From NCBI GenBank assembly GCA_963720755.1, contig CAVRGP010000013.1, positions 160,001 to 224,000 on the forward strand: 64,000 nucleotides of DNA. The letters are read 5' to 3'. Of this stretch, positions 48,601 to 57,998 are shown piece by piece. Made by a program: the position numbers and the translations under genes. Source of the stretch: an uncultured Chloroflexia bacterium (GTDB lineage: Bacteria; Chloroflexota; Limnocylindria; Limnocylindrales; CSP1-4). Every line of letters starts with the position of its first letter. The first letter of the stretch is position 1. The notes beneath the pieces were generated by a model. That model ran no database searches and had not been told where the DNA came from. It saw only the letters and a program-made list of their open reading frames with translations.

Positions 48601-49324
48601 TGCCGGGAACGGCAAGGTGGAACGGGTTCGACGCCTCACGCGCCTGGAAGAAGACGTCCGGGTTCTGCGCGGTCCCGCGGACGACCGGCGCGTCCGGAGT
48701 CAGACCCTGGCGGCGGAAGGCCAGGACATCGTCGTCGCGGATCAGGGCCTGGATGTCGTCCCGATCGAGGATCGCGATCTTGTCGACCTCGTGCGAGGTG
48801 CGGAAGCCGTCGAAGAAATGGAGGAACGGGACGCGCGACCGGAGCGTCGCCGCGTGCGCCACCAGCGCGAAGTCGTGCGCCTCCTGGACCGATCCGGCGG
48901 CGAGCATCGCCCAGCCGGTCGTGCGGGCATGCATCACGTCGCTGTGGTCGCCGAAGATCGACAGGGCGTGGGTCGCGATCGTCCGGGCCGCCACGTGGAT
49001 GACCGCCGGCGTCAGTTCACCGGCGATCTTGAACATGTTCGGGACCATCAGGAGCAGGCCCTGGGACGCGGTGAACGTCGTCGCGAGAGCGCCCTTCTGG
49101 AGTGCGCCGTGGAGGGCACCGGCCGCCCCCGCCTCGGACTGCATCTCGACGATCTCCGGGACCTTGCCCCACAGGTTCGGCTGTCCCGCGGCGGACCAGT
49201 CGTCACAATGCTCGGCCATCGGGGAGGCCGGGGTGATCGGGTAGATCGAGATGACTTCGCTGACGGCGTAGGCGACCCGTGCCGCTGCTTCGTTGCCGTC
49301 GACACACTCGTGCTGCTTGTCCAC
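45674..49324 (-). CDS. nifJ: Pyruvate:ferredoxin (flavodoxin) oxidoreductase
   Basis: YPITP, EMQSEAGA, GRYGLSSKE, two CxxCxxCxxxCP motifs, GACGGCGE, GGDGWAYDIG. Confidence 0.97.
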   Translation of the reverse strand: MDKQHECVDGNEAAARVAYAVSEVISIYPITPASPMAEHCDDWSAAGQPNLWGKVPEIVEMQSEAGAAGALHGALQKGALATTFTASQGLLLMVPNMFKIAGELTPAVIHVAARTIATHALSIFGDHSDVMHARTTGWAMLAAGSVQEAHDFALVAHAATLRSRVPFLHFFDGFRTSHEVDKIAILDRDDIQALIRDDDVLAFRRQGLTPDAPVVRGTAQNPDVFFQAREASNPFHLAVPGIVQDVMDELATRTGRQYGLVDYHGAPDADRVVVVMGSASGAVEETVDTLVAAGERVGMLRIRLFQPFPAAALLAALPSTTRAIAVLDRTKEPGAVGEPLYLEVLAALDEAQDVDKPRFATSPRVIGGRYGLSSKEMTPSMIKPIFDELAVARSRRHFTVGIYDDVTHLSLPIDHDFRHSRPAGEVQAMFFGLGSDGTVGANKASIKIIGEGTDLFTQGYFVYDSKKSGSITVSHLRFGPEPIRSTYLIDDADFIACHQFGMLGRTKVLEYAKHGATFLLNAPYGPDEVWEHLPGGVQQLLIDKAIDFWVIDASAVANEAGMGSRINTVMQPCFFQLAGILPPDEAVARIKSWVEATYAKRGEAIVTRNFDAIDSSLARLAHVSLGTVTNDQPTTPSAPEGVPDFVTRVTSRLMAGEGDLLPVSALPVDGTFPTGTTQYEKRAIAQEIPVWDPAICIDCGKCAMVCPHATIRMKVFPSAAVESAPALFLSKEFKSRDLLDHRLTIQVAPDDCTGCGVCVDVCPAKSKTDTSHKAINMEPVLDHRDTERVRWDFFQSIAPLDRGLIPHDSVKGSQVLEPLFEFSGACGGCGETPYIRLVSQLFGDRMIVANATGCSSIYGANLPTTPWAVNAAGRGPAWSNSLFEDNAEFGLGMRLALDAQTDQARRLVERLAPDIGEGLATAILDATQDTEPEITAQRERIDRLRDSLTRIDGPGAADARHLLALAGDLVRTGIWIIGGDGWAYDIGFGGVDQVLSSGRNVNILVLDTEVYSNTGGQSSKATPRGAVAKFAAAGKGTAKKDLGAIARSYGNVYVAQVAMGANDLQTTKALLEADAWPGPSLVIAYSTCIAHGIDMSKSMTHQKDAVRSGYWPLYRFQPSEVDGVKPFKLDSAAPSIPIAEFVGNETRFSVLKRTHPERAAELASLAQSDADEHRHYYEQLADIERTVPHLDRPEANVGAEVEGDAGSGQDGEGGES

Positions 49325-49418
49325 GTGCGGGCCTCCCGTTGAGGGACCTGGTCGTGACGCGTCCCTTTGTCGGGTTCGGTCCGAACAGCATCGTGGGCTT
49401 CGGGTGCGACCGACGAAC

Positions 49419-49434
49419 AGGGCCGAAGGGCCCG
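49419..49434. promoter_or_regulatory. DevR/DosR/OsdR-like palindrome upstream of nifJ
   Basis: AGGGCCGAAGGGCCCG, located about 25 bp upstream of a CACGAT -10 element on the minus strand. Confidence 0.5.
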
Positions 49435-49483
49435 CTCAGCCGGGACGCTCGGGGCAGATACGCCGGGCGACCCAGTTGTCAGT

Positions 49484-49502
49484 TATTTGCGCAAATACGC
49501 AA
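49484..49502. promoter_or_regulatory. AT-rich overlapping palindromes upstream of the CxxC protein-rhodanese pair
   Basis: TATTTGCGCAAATA perfect 14-bp palindrome plus TTGCG-N6-CGCAA; TAGAGT -10 downstream. Confidence 0.55.
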
Positions 49503-49562
49503 GCACATGCTAGAGTGGACCACCGTTGGGTGCCTTCGTTCAGTTGACGTAGGGTTGACGAC

Positions 49563-50081
49563 ATGTCCACAGCGACTTCCTTCGACGATGTGCTGGCCAC
49601 GATCGACCGGCAATTCGCTGCCCACGCCGTGCTCTGGACGATCGCCTCGCTCCTGGCCTTCGGGTTGGTCGCGGCCATCATCCCCAACCCGATCTTCGGT
49701 CGGCAGGTTCCCGTCGAGCCATTCGCGATCGTCGTCTGGATCCTGTCGGCTCCGCTCATGGGCTTGCTCGGGGCGACCTACACGTCTCCGGGCGCGGCCG
49801 TTCCCGCCGAGCCGGCCACGCTCGTCCTCGCCCCGGCCGGAGGGACCGCCGCGGACCGCGACGGGACCACCATCGGGGCGGTGGCCAGCGTCGGTGCGTT
49901 CCTCGCGATCGGCTGCCCGGTCTGCAACAAGATCGCCCTGGTCCTGCTCGGGACGAGCGGGGCGATGACCATCTTCGCTCCGCTCCAACCCGTCATCGGA
50001 GCGGTTTCGCTCGCCCTCCTGGTCGCCACCCTGATCTGGCGGTTCCGGCTGCGAACGCGAGCCGGGGCCTGCCGCATCTGA
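49563..50081 (+). CDS. Membrane protein with a CxxC motif (AIGCPVCNK)
   Basis: IPNPIFGR, 4 TM segments, GCPVCNKIALVLLG, C-terminal Cys. Confidence 0.75.
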   Translation: MSTATSFDDVLATIDRQFAAHAVLWTIASLLAFGLVAAIIPNPIFGRQVPVEPFAIVVWILSAPLMGLLGATYTSPGAAVPAEPATLVLAPAGGTAADRDGTTIGAVASVGAFLAIGCPVCNKIALVLLGTSGAMTIFAPLQPVIGAVSLALLVATLIWRFRLRTRAGACRI

Positions 50082-50143
50082 GCGGCCTGGCTCCACGACC
50101 CGGAATGTCCACGCTCACCCACCCGCGCCAAAGGAGCCACCTC

Positions 50144-50542
50144 ATGCATCACCGATCCACTCGCGTCGTCATGGTCGCCCTCGTTGCCCTGGTGGCGATC
50201 GCCCTGGCCGGGTGCGGCGGCTCTGCGGCCCCGGCCGCAGTCCAGAAAGTGGGCGCGACCGAGGCCGTGAACATGCTCGACACACGGATCGTCGTCGACG
50301 TCCGCACGCCCGGGGAGTACGCCGCGGGGCACGTCGCCGGAGCCCGTAATATCGATGTCGAGGCGGCCGATTTCTCCGCGCAGATCGCGACGCTCGACAA
50401 GAGCGCCGCGTACCTCGTCTACTGTCACTCGGGCCGGCGGAGTGCCATCGCGGCCGATCAGATGGCCACGGCCGGGTTCACGGACATCGTCGACGGCGGT
50501 GCGATGCCGGACCTCGTGGCGGCCGGCGCGCCCACCGAGTAG
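50144..50542 (+). CDS. Rhodanese-domain lipoprotein
   Basis: LAGC lipobox; VDVRTPGEY..GHVAGA; YCHSGRRS. Confidence 0.9.
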   Translation: MHHRSTRVVMVALVALVAIALAGCGGSAAPAAVQKVGATEAVNMLDTRIVVDVRTPGEYAAGHVAGARNIDVEAADFSAQIATLDKSAAYLVYCHSGRRSAIAADQMATAGFTDIVDGGAMPDLVAAGAPTE

Positions 50543-50604
50543 GGGAGGGTCCGGCCGGCGCCCAGGCCCGACCGCGACGGGCACCACCAGGCGCGCGCCC
50601 GCCT

Positions 50605-51255
50605 TCAGCTCGTTCGGCCGGTCCCGAACTGGCGATCGCCGGCATCGCCCAGCCCGGGCAGGATGTAGCCCTTCTCGTTGAGCTGGCGATCGAGCGCGGC
50701 GCAGTAGATCGCCACATCTGGGTGCGCCGAGGCGACCGCCTCGACGCCCTCCGGCGCGGCGATGAGATTGACCAGCTTGATCCGGACGGGTTTGACAGCG
50801 CCCCACTTCTTGAGGACCTCGATGGCCGCCGTCGCGGAGCCGCCCGTCGCGAGCATCGGATCGAGGATCAGACACAGGTCGACCGTCGCCGAGTCCGGCA
50901 ACTTGTTGTAGTACTCGACCGGCCGAAGCGTCTTCTCGTCGCGGAACAGGCCCAGATGCCAGACCTGCGCCGTCGGCATCAACTCGAGCATCGCGTCGAC
51001 CATCCCGAGACCGGCCCGGAGGATGGGGACCAGCCCGATCCGCTCGCCCAGCTCGTGCGCCGACATGGTCTCCATCGGCGTCGCGATCTCGCGTGATCGA
51101 ACCGCGACGTCCGCCAGTGCCTCGTACCCGAGCAGCCAGGACAGTTCGCGGACGACCTCGCGGAATTTCTTCGGTTCGGTCTGCTCGTCGCGCAGGATCG
51201 CAAGCTTGTGCTGGACGGCGGGATGCTGCGAGACGTGGAGTGTCGAGGCGGCCAT
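50605..51255 (-). CDS. upp: Uracil phosphoribosyltransferase
   Basis: [32 protein letters not shown]. Confidence 0.97.
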   Translation of the reverse strand: MAASTLHVSQHPAVQHKLAILRDEQTEPKKFREVVRELSWLLGYEALADVAVRSREIATPMETMSAHELGERIGLVPILRAGLGMVDAMLELMPTAQVWHLGLFRDEKTLRPVEYYNKLPDSATVDLCLILDPMLATGGSATAAIEVLKKWGAVKPVRIKLVNLIAAPEGVEAVASAHPDVAIYCAALDRQLNEKGYILPGLGDAGDRQFGTGRTS

Positions 51256-51378
51256 GGTCGTCGGAAGTCCTCCGGAAAACGAGGATGGATGGCGCGCACC
51301 CATCGTAGCAACCGAGGGGGTATCCTCGCCCTCCCAGCGGTGTCCGGTCGCTGGGTCGTCATCGGAGACTGATCGATC

Positions 51379-52530
51379 GTGCCCGCACCCGCCCCACCCG
51401 CCCGTCCGAGTCGTGCGCGCCCGTCCACCCGTGCGAGTTCGCGCGCCCGCGGCGCCGCCCCGGTCCTGGCCCGCCAGCTGCGTGACGGGATCGAGGAGAG
51501 CGTCCATCGGGGCGACATCGTCGAGGCCGACGTGGCCGGGCGGATCATCCGTCAGCTGGGCGATCCGGAGCGACTGGTCACCCTCCGCTCGACGGTCAAG
51601 CCGTTCGGCCTCCTCGCGTTGGTCGAAGCGGGCGGGATCGAGACGTTCGACCTCGAACCGGCCGAGATCGCGATCCTCGCCAGCTCGCATTCGGGCGAGG
51701 ACCTGCACGTTCGGACGCTGCAGGGCCTGTACCGGCGCTCCGGGGTCAGCCAGGCGGCGCTTGCCTGCGGCTCGGAAGGCGCCCCGCTCGATGCCCTGAC
51801 CGCCGCCCGCCTTGCCCGCGACGGTGAGAAGGCCGGGCCGATCCGCCATATGTGTTCGGGCCAGCACACGGTCTCACTCCTCCTTTGCCGGCTGCGCGGG
51901 TGGGACGCCACCGAATACTGGAAACCAGCCCACCCATCGCAGGTCGCCTATCGGGCGGCGGTGGCCAAGGCCTTCGCGACGACGCCGACAAAGCTGCGGA
52001 CAGCCATCGACGGGTGCGGCATCGAGACCTACGCCTTCCGTCTCCGTGAGGTCGCCCAGGCCTACGCGATGCTGGCGGATCCGGCTCGGATCCCCGCAAG
52101 CGATCCTCGGTCCGCGGTCGCCGGACCGCTGTCGTTGATCCGCGATGCGTTGCTGGCGAACCCGGAGATGATCGGCGGGCGACACGACCGACTCGATACG
52201 TCGTTGATGAAGGCGGTACCCGATCGGATCGTCAGCAAGGCCGGCATGGAGGCGCTCCGTGGCCTGGCGATCCTTGCCGGACCGCGGGACGGGACGAACG
52301 AAGTCGGCGCGTCCGGGATGGCCATCAAGATCGAGGACGGCGGCGGCTACGACCGAGCCTCCTGGGCGGTCACGGTCGAGGCGTTGCGCCAGGCCGGCGT
52401 CGTCGACGGCGCCGCGCTGCGGGACCTTGCTCGTTATCATCGGCCGCCCCTCCTGGACCCCCATGGGCGGATGGGCGCCGAGACGGTTGCCGAGTTCGAG
52501 CTTGCGCCGGTGGGTGAGCTCATCGGCTGA
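51379..52530 (+). CDS. Rhizobium-type (class 3, Asparaginase_II) L-asparaginase family protein
   Basis: RSTVKPF, SHSGE, HMCSGQH, IDGCG, SKAGMEA, KIEDG. Confidence 0.85.
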   Translation: MPAPAPPARPSRARPSTRASSRARGAAPVLARQLRDGIEESVHRGDIVEADVAGRIIRQLGDPERLVTLRSTVKPFGLLALVEAGGIETFDLEPAEIAILASSHSGEDLHVRTLQGLYRRSGVSQAALACGSEGAPLDALTAARLARDGEKAGPIRHMCSGQHTVSLLLCRLRGWDATEYWKPAHPSQVAYRAAVAKAFATTPTKLRTAIDGCGIETYAFRLREVAQAYAMLADPARIPASDPRSAVAGPLSLIRDALLANPEMIGGRHDRLDTSLMKAVPDRIVSKAGMEALRGLAILAGPRDGTNEVGASGMAIKIEDGGGYDRASWAVTVEALRQAGVVDGAALRDLARYHRPPLLDPHGRMGAETVAEFELAPVGELIG

Positions 52531-52587
52531 TCGGGACCGGCTCGTCAGGGCCGGGCCGACGACCGGATCGCGGAGTCGACGACGCAG

Positions 52588-53907
52588 ATGGCCCCCGAAA
52601 CCGACCCGTACCGCATCCTCGGCCTGGCTCGAGGCGCCTCGCTCGATGAGATCAAGCGCGCCTACCGTCAACTTGCAAAGGCGCACCACCCGGACGCGGC
52701 CGGTGAGCGCAATGTGGCTCGTTTCCTGGCGATCCAGGCGGCGTACGAGCGACTGACCGAGGGCTCCGATCCATCGAACGGCTCGTCCCGTCGACCGGGG
52801 CCGCCTCGGCGGCCGTGGGAAGCGGATCCAGACCGGAGCGATGCGACCCGACGGGCGTATGGCGGGCGTGGCCGGCCATCGACGCGTGGCCGGCCGGCCA
52901 ACGGGCCAGGACGCACCGATCGTCCGCGCCGCCCCGCGAGCCCCGACGGCGCTACCGCTGGTACCGGCCGTGCCGATGAGGCATCCGGTCCCGGGAGTGG
53001 CTCGACGGCCGGCGAAGACGCGCCGGCCAAAGCGAAGCCCGGATCCACCTCCTATGACGGCGCAGATGCGCTGCCGTTCGAGCCCGATTGGGGCGGTGCC
53101 AGCTGGTACGGGACGACGAGCGGGACCTATTGGACCCTCAACCCCAAGGAATATGCGGATCCGCGGAAACACGGCCCCGAGTACCAGGCGCGGGCGCGCA
53201 GAGCCGCGCTAGACCGACGTCCGGGTGTGGCCGGGCCTCCGACCGCTAGCCCCGATCCCAGCGAGCCCGAGGCCAGCGAGGATGCGACCCATACCACGAG
53301 CTCCTGGTGGGAATCCACGGCCGGGCCGGCCCCGACCGCTCCCGACGACCGCATGGACGAGCCCGTCACCCCGAACGCGGGCCCGACGCAGGACCCGGGA
53401 CCGACCCCCGGACCACGGTCGGATGCCCCATCGACGTCGAGCGAGGCGGCGCAGCCGGATCTGGGTCGGGCCACGTCCGATATCGGCCGGGCCCTCACCG
53501 ACGAGCGCGTCGGTGGCATCCGGCTCAGGGTCGGACGGGCGCTCATCGGCTGGCTGCCCATCGCGTTCGGCCTCGGTTGGCTGATCGGCGAGATCAGTGG
53601 CTGCGGGCGGTTTGCGGCGACGTGCGACAGCGGCACGACGCCGATCACGATCGTGCTCCAGGTCCTGGTCCTGGCCGTCCTGCTCGCCGTGCCTCTGCTC
53701 GCCGCGCTGACGACGATGGCATCCATCACCCTGCTGGTCGTCTCGGTCGTGGCGGCCCTTGTCCTGTCGGCCGGTGGCGGGCAGGCCGACGATGCGAGAC
53801 GGATCGCCCTGGGGGTGATCCTGGTCGGGGCCTGGCTGATCGGCCTGGCGACCGCGATCGTCGTTCGGGTGCGCCCACGTCCGTCACCGGCCGGTCCCGT
53901 ATCCTGA
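52588..53907 (+). CDS. J-domain protein with a disordered linker and a C-terminal 4-TM region
   Basis: DPYRILGL...IKRAYRQLAKAHHPD...FLAIQAAYERL. Confidence 0.85.
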   Translation: MAPETDPYRILGLARGASLDEIKRAYRQLAKAHHPDAAGERNVARFLAIQAAYERLTEGSDPSNGSSRRPGPPRRPWEADPDRSDATRRAYGGRGRPSTRGRPANGPGRTDRPRRPASPDGATAGTGRADEASGPGSGSTAGEDAPAKAKPGSTSYDGADALPFEPDWGGASWYGTTSGTYWTLNPKEYADPRKHGPEYQARARRAALDRRPGVAGPPTASPDPSEPEASEDATHTTSSWWESTAGPAPTAPDDRMDEPVTPNAGPTQDPGPTPGPRSDAPSTSSEAAQPDLGRATSDIGRALTDERVGGIRLRVGRALIGWLPIAFGLGWLIGEISGCGRFAATCDSGTTPITIVLQVLVLAVLLAVPLLAALTTMASITLLVVSVVAALVLSAGGGQADDARRIALGVILVGAWLIGLATAIVVRVRPRPSPAGPVS

Positions 53908-53911
53908 GGGC

Positions 53912-54637
53912 ATGCCCAAGCGACGTGACCAGCGCGACCTGTCGGCCGCTGCCCAGGAGTACCTCCTCGCGCTGCGCGTCCTGGTCGGATCCGAGGACCA
54001 CCGGGTCACGGCAGCCCAGGTCGCCCGCCATCTGAGCGTGACGAGCCAGGCTGCGAGCGAGATGTTCCGGCGGCTCGTGGCTGATGGCCTGGTCGCCCAT
54101 GATGCCGGTCGGGAACTGCACCTGACACCGGCCGGTCGGACCTCGGCGGACGCCATCTTCCGGCGACACGCGCTCCTCGAGTGGCTGCTCACGTCGGTGA
54201 TCGGACTCGGCTGGGCTGAATCGGACGATGAGGCCATGCGCCTGCAGGGGGCCATCTCGCCGCGCGTCGAAGCCAGGCTCGACGAGATCCTGGGGCATCC
54301 GGAGACCTGCCCGCACGGCAATCCGATCGATGCCGAGATCGCCCGTCGTCGTCCTGCCGGGACCCGGTTGAGCGAGATGGACGCCGGGGGCCGGGCGACG
54401 ATCCTGCGGATCACCGAGGAGGCCGAGGAGGATGCCGGGCTGTTGTCCTACCTCGAGGCACGGGCCCTGACGCCTGGCGCCCACATCACCGTCCTGGCCC
54501 GGAGCGAGTCGCTCGATTCGCTCACCCTGGACGGGCCCCGTGGCCGGGCGACGCTCGGACTTCGGCCGGCGTCGCTCATCCGGATCCTGCCCGGCGAGGC
54601 CGATCCTTCCCTGTTCCACCACGTTCCGGCGCGCTGA
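53912..54637 (+). CDS. DtxR/IdeR/MntR family metal-dependent regulator with a FeoA domain
   Basis: QEYLLAL, HTH, RRHALLEWLL, CPHGNPI, C-terminal FeoA-like PGAHITV. Confidence 0.92.
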   Translation: MPKRRDQRDLSAAAQEYLLALRVLVGSEDHRVTAAQVARHLSVTSQAASEMFRRLVADGLVAHDAGRELHLTPAGRTSADAIFRRHALLEWLLTSVIGLGWAESDDEAMRLQGAISPRVEARLDEILGHPETCPHGNPIDAEIARRRPAGTRLSEMDAGGRATILRITEEAEEDAGLLSYLEARALTPGAHITVLARSESLDSLTLDGPRGRATLGLRPASLIRILPGEADPSLFHHVPAR

Positions 54638-54642
54638 ACGGG

Positions 54643-56136
54643 ATGCCGACCCCCCGCGTCCGGATCGCTCCGAGTCCGACCGGCCCGCTCCACATCGGGA
54701 CCGCTCGCACGGCACTGTTCAACTACCTCTACGCTCGCCACACGGGCGGGACCTACGTCCTGCGACTCGAGGACACCGATCAGGCCCGAAGCACCGTCGC
54801 CTTCGAGCGCGACATCCTCGACGGTCTGCACTGGCTGGGACTCGACTGGGACGAGGGACCTGAGGTTGCCGGTGAGGCGGCTCGAGGTCCGTTCGCGCCG
54901 TATCGGCAGATGCTCCGCCTGCCGATGTACGCGGCGGCCGCCGAGCGGCTGCTCGCGGCCGATCAGGCCTACCCGTGCTACTGCACGCCGGACGAGTTGG
55001 CCGCCGACCGGAAGGCCCAGGAAGCGGCGCGGCTGCCACCTCGGTACGTGGGCCGCTGCGCGAACCTGACCCCCGACGAACGCGCCGCTCGCACGGCCGA
55101 GGGGCGCCAGGGCGCCCTGCGTTTCCGGGTCGGCAGCGGCGTCGTCGAATTCGACGACGTCGTCCGCGGCCGGGTCGCCTTCGATGTCGCCGATCTGGGC
55201 GGCGATTTCGTGATCGTTCGGGGCGATGGATCCCCGCTCTACCACTTCACCGTGGTCGTTGACGACGCGGCCATGCAGATCTCGGACGTCATCCGGGGTG
55301 AGGACCACCTGTCGAACACACCGAAGCACATCCTCCTGTTCCGGGCGCTCGGCTACCCGGAGCCGAGGTTCGCCCATCTGCCGCTCATCCTGAACCCGGA
55401 CCGCACGAAGATGAGCAAGCGCAAGAGTCAGACGGCGGTCGCCGACTACATCGCCGAGGGGTTCGTCCGCGAGGCCCTCGTCAACTACCTCGCGCTCCTC
55501 GGGTGGGCGACCGGGACGGAGGAAGAGGTGCTGTCGATCGATGAGATCGTCGAGCGCTTCGAGCTCGACCAGGTCCACAAGGGCGGCGCCGTCTTCGATC
55601 GAGGTCGGCTCGAGTGGCTGAACGGCCAGTGGATCCGGCGGCTCGCGCCGGAGGACCTGGTCGAGCGGCTGCGCCCGTTCGTGGCCGCCGAGCTCGCTGC
55701 GGGCCGGATCGACTGGATGCCCCCGGACGACGAGCTGTTCGCCCTGCTCCCGGTCATCGCCGAGCGCCTGCCGACACTCGGTGCGGTCGGCGACCTGGTC
55801 GGCTTCCTGTGGGTCCGCGACCTGTCGGTCGATGCCGCCCTCCTGGTGCCGAAGCGCTGGGACGCCTGGACGACCCGGGGCGGGCTCGTGGCGGCGCGGG
55901 CCGTCATCGCCGACACCGGACCGGTCGCTTTCGAGGCCGACGAGCTCGAACCGCGCCTCCGTGCGGTCGCCGAGGCGCACGGCTGGAAGGTCGGCGACCT
56001 GTTCATGGCCATCCGGGTCGCCGTGACCGGCAGGACGGCCACGCCGCCACTCTTCGATACGCTTGTCGCGCTCGGGTTCGAGCGGACCATCGAGCGGCTG
56101 GATCGGGCGATCGCCGCCCTCGACGAAGGGAGTTGA
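54643..56136 (+). CDS. gltX: Glutamate--tRNA ligase
   Basis: APSPTGPLHIG, RLEDTD, IRGEDHLSNTPK, KMSKR. Confidence 0.97.
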   Translation: MPTPRVRIAPSPTGPLHIGTARTALFNYLYARHTGGTYVLRLEDTDQARSTVAFERDILDGLHWLGLDWDEGPEVAGEAARGPFAPYRQMLRLPMYAAAAERLLAADQAYPCYCTPDELAADRKAQEAARLPPRYVGRCANLTPDERAARTAEGRQGALRFRVGSGVVEFDDVVRGRVAFDVADLGGDFVIVRGDGSPLYHFTVVVDDAAMQISDVIRGEDHLSNTPKHILLFRALGYPEPRFAHLPLILNPDRTKMSKRKSQTAVADYIAEGFVREALVNYLALLGWATGTEEEVLSIDEIVERFELDQVHKGGAVFDRGRLEWLNGQWIRRLAPEDLVERLRPFVAAELAAGRIDWMPPDDELFALLPVIAERLPTLGAVGDLVGFLWVRDLSVDAALLVPKRWDAWTTRGGLVAARAVIADTGPVAFEADELEPRLRAVAEAHGWKVGDLFMAIRVAVTGRTATPPLFDTLVALGFERTIERLDRAIAALDEGS

Positions 56137-56143
56137 TGGAACG

Positions 56144-56533
56144 ATGACCCATGACGACGTCCAGCGCTGGCTGGAGCGGTATGTCGCGGCCTGGGACACC
56201 TACGACCCGGACGCGATCGGAGAACTGTTCAGTGAGGACGCGTCCTACCGCTATCAGCCGTATCGCGAACCGGTCGTCGGTCGGGCCGCGATCGTGGCCG
56301 ACTGGCTCGAGGCGAAGGACGAGCCCGGGACGTGGACGGCCCACTACGATGTGTGGGCGTGGGACGGGGAGCGAGCCTCGGCCATCGGTGAGACGCGGTA
56401 CACCAACCCGGACGGTTCGTTCCGAGCGCTCTACTACAACCATTGGGCGCTTCGGTTCGACGGCCACGGGCGGTGCACCGAGTTCGTCGAGTACTTCATG
56501 GAACTGCCCGAGCGATTGCACCCGACGGCCTGA
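56144..56533 (+). CDS. SnoaL/NTF2-like protein (paralogue of 34757-35146)
   Basis: WLERYVAAW...LFSEDASY...FDGHGRCTEFVEY. Confidence 0.8.
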   Translation: MTHDDVQRWLERYVAAWDTYDPDAIGELFSEDASYRYQPYREPVVGRAAIVADWLEAKDEPGTWTAHYDVWAWDGERASAIGETRYTNPDGSFRALYYNHWALRFDGHGRCTEFVEYFMELPERLHPTA

Positions 56534-56570
56534 AACGGGACGCCACGCCGATTCGTCCACCAGCCTGCCC

Positions 56571-57218
56571 ATGACCATCGAGCCAGGATCCGTCGTCCGC
56601 GCGCCCCGGATGGTTGGCGTGCCCTGGCCCGCGGTCGGTCTCATCGTCGCGGCCGGGTTGGCGACGGGTGTCCTGACCCAGATCGGCCAGAGCTTCCTGC
56701 CGGCCGGGTTCGGCCAGGTCGCGAACGCGATCTCGCCCTGGTTGCTGGTCGCGTTCACGGTCGGGTCGTTGCTGCCCACCCCTGGCTGGGCGGCCGGCGG
56801 GGGGATCGGCGCGATGGTCATCGCCCTGGTCGGCTACTACGGCATGGTCGAGATCCGCTTCGGGTACGGGGCCTCATCGACCTCGTTGATCGTGTGGGGG
56901 ATTGCCGCCCTTGTCGGTGGGGCGATCTTCGGCCTCGCCGGCCGGTGGTGGCGAGGGGACCGACCGTGGCGGCGCGGGATCGCGATCGGTCTCCTGGCCG
57001 CGGTGACCATCGCCGAGGGCGTGTACCTGATCGGGATCCTCACCGAGCCAGTGGTCGGCGTCGCCTTCATCGCTGCCGGTGTCTCGGTGCCGCCGCTCGT
57101 GGGCCGCACCCCCGATGATTCTAGGCGGGGTTACCTCGCGATCCCGCCGATGCTGGCCCTCGGATTGGCCGGCTACACGGCCTTCAGCGCGTTATACAAC
57201 CTCGCAGCCGGCATCTGA
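56571..57218 (+). CDS. DUF6518-like membrane protein
   Basis: ANAISPWLLVAF, LVGYY, GGAIFGLAG, IAEG; multiple TMs. Confidence 0.7.
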   Translation: MTIEPGSVVRAPRMVGVPWPAVGLIVAAGLATGVLTQIGQSFLPAGFGQVANAISPWLLVAFTVGSLLPTPGWAAGGGIGAMVIALVGYYGMVEIRFGYGASSTSLIVWGIAALVGGAIFGLAGRWWRGDRPWRRGIAIGLLAAVTIAEGVYLIGILTEPVVGVAFIAAGVSVPPLVGRTPDDSRRGYLAIPPMLALGLAGYTAFSALYNLAAGI

Positions 57219-57219
57219 G

Positions 57220-57251
57220 GGCAACGCTGCGTTAACACGCGTGGCTATCAT
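57220..57251 (+). promoter_or_regulatory. PHO-box-like 11-bp direct repeats and -10 element upstream of the response regulator
   Basis: GGCAACGCTGC / GTTAACACGCG then TATCAT (57246). Confidence 0.5.
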
Positions 57252-57260
57252 CGATCCCGG

Positions 57261-57957
57261 ATGGCACGCACGATCCTCGTCGTCGAAGACGAGCCGACCC
57301 TTCGCGAAGCGCTGGTGGACGCGCTCGAGGCCGACGGATTCCGGGTGGTCGCTGCTGCCGACGGCCGCGAGGCCCTGGCTCGGTTCCGGGCCGATGGACC
57401 CGACCTGATCCTGCTCGACCTGATGCTCCCGGAGCTGTCCGGTATCGAGGTCTGCCGGATCATCCGGGCCGAATCGGGCGTTCCCATCGTGATGCTGACG
57501 GCCAAGGACTCGGAACTCGACAAGGTCGTCGGGCTGGAGCTTGGCGCGGACGACTACGTCACCAAGCCGTTCAGCCTGCGGGAGCTGTCGGCACGTATCC
57601 GGGCGCTGTTCCGACGCTCCGACCAGGCTGTCGCTCTCGAGCGCCCACCGGCCGTCGTCGACCTCGGGTCCGATCCAGGCCGACCTCGGTGGCCGTCGCC
57701 TGCTCCGTGACGGTGTGGTCGTGCCGATGAAGCCGAAGGCGTTCGAGTTGCTCGCGTTCCTGATCCGCCATCCGGGCCAGGTCTTCACCCGCGATCAGCT
57801 GCTCGAGCACGTGTGGGGCTACGACTATGGCGGCGAGACGCGGACGGTCGATGTCCACATCCACTGGCTCCGTAGCCGGATCGAGACCGATCCCGGTCAT
57901 CCGGCCTTCATCCACACCGTTCGGGGCGTCGGTTACGTCTTTCGCCGACCGGCCTGA
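57261..57957 (+). pseudogene. OmpR/PhoB-family response regulator (PhoP/RegX3-like), split by a +1 G at 57666-57668; possibly a sequencing error
   Basis: Receiver domain (VVEDE, LDLMLP, LTAKD, DDYVTKPFS) in one frame and the wHTH (FELLAFL, RTVDVHI, TVRGVGY) in the next; deleting one G gives a continuous 231-aa protein. Confidence 0.88.
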
Positions 57958-57998
57958 GGGCCAGTTCCGGTCCGCGGAGACGGACCCGGGCAACCGAT

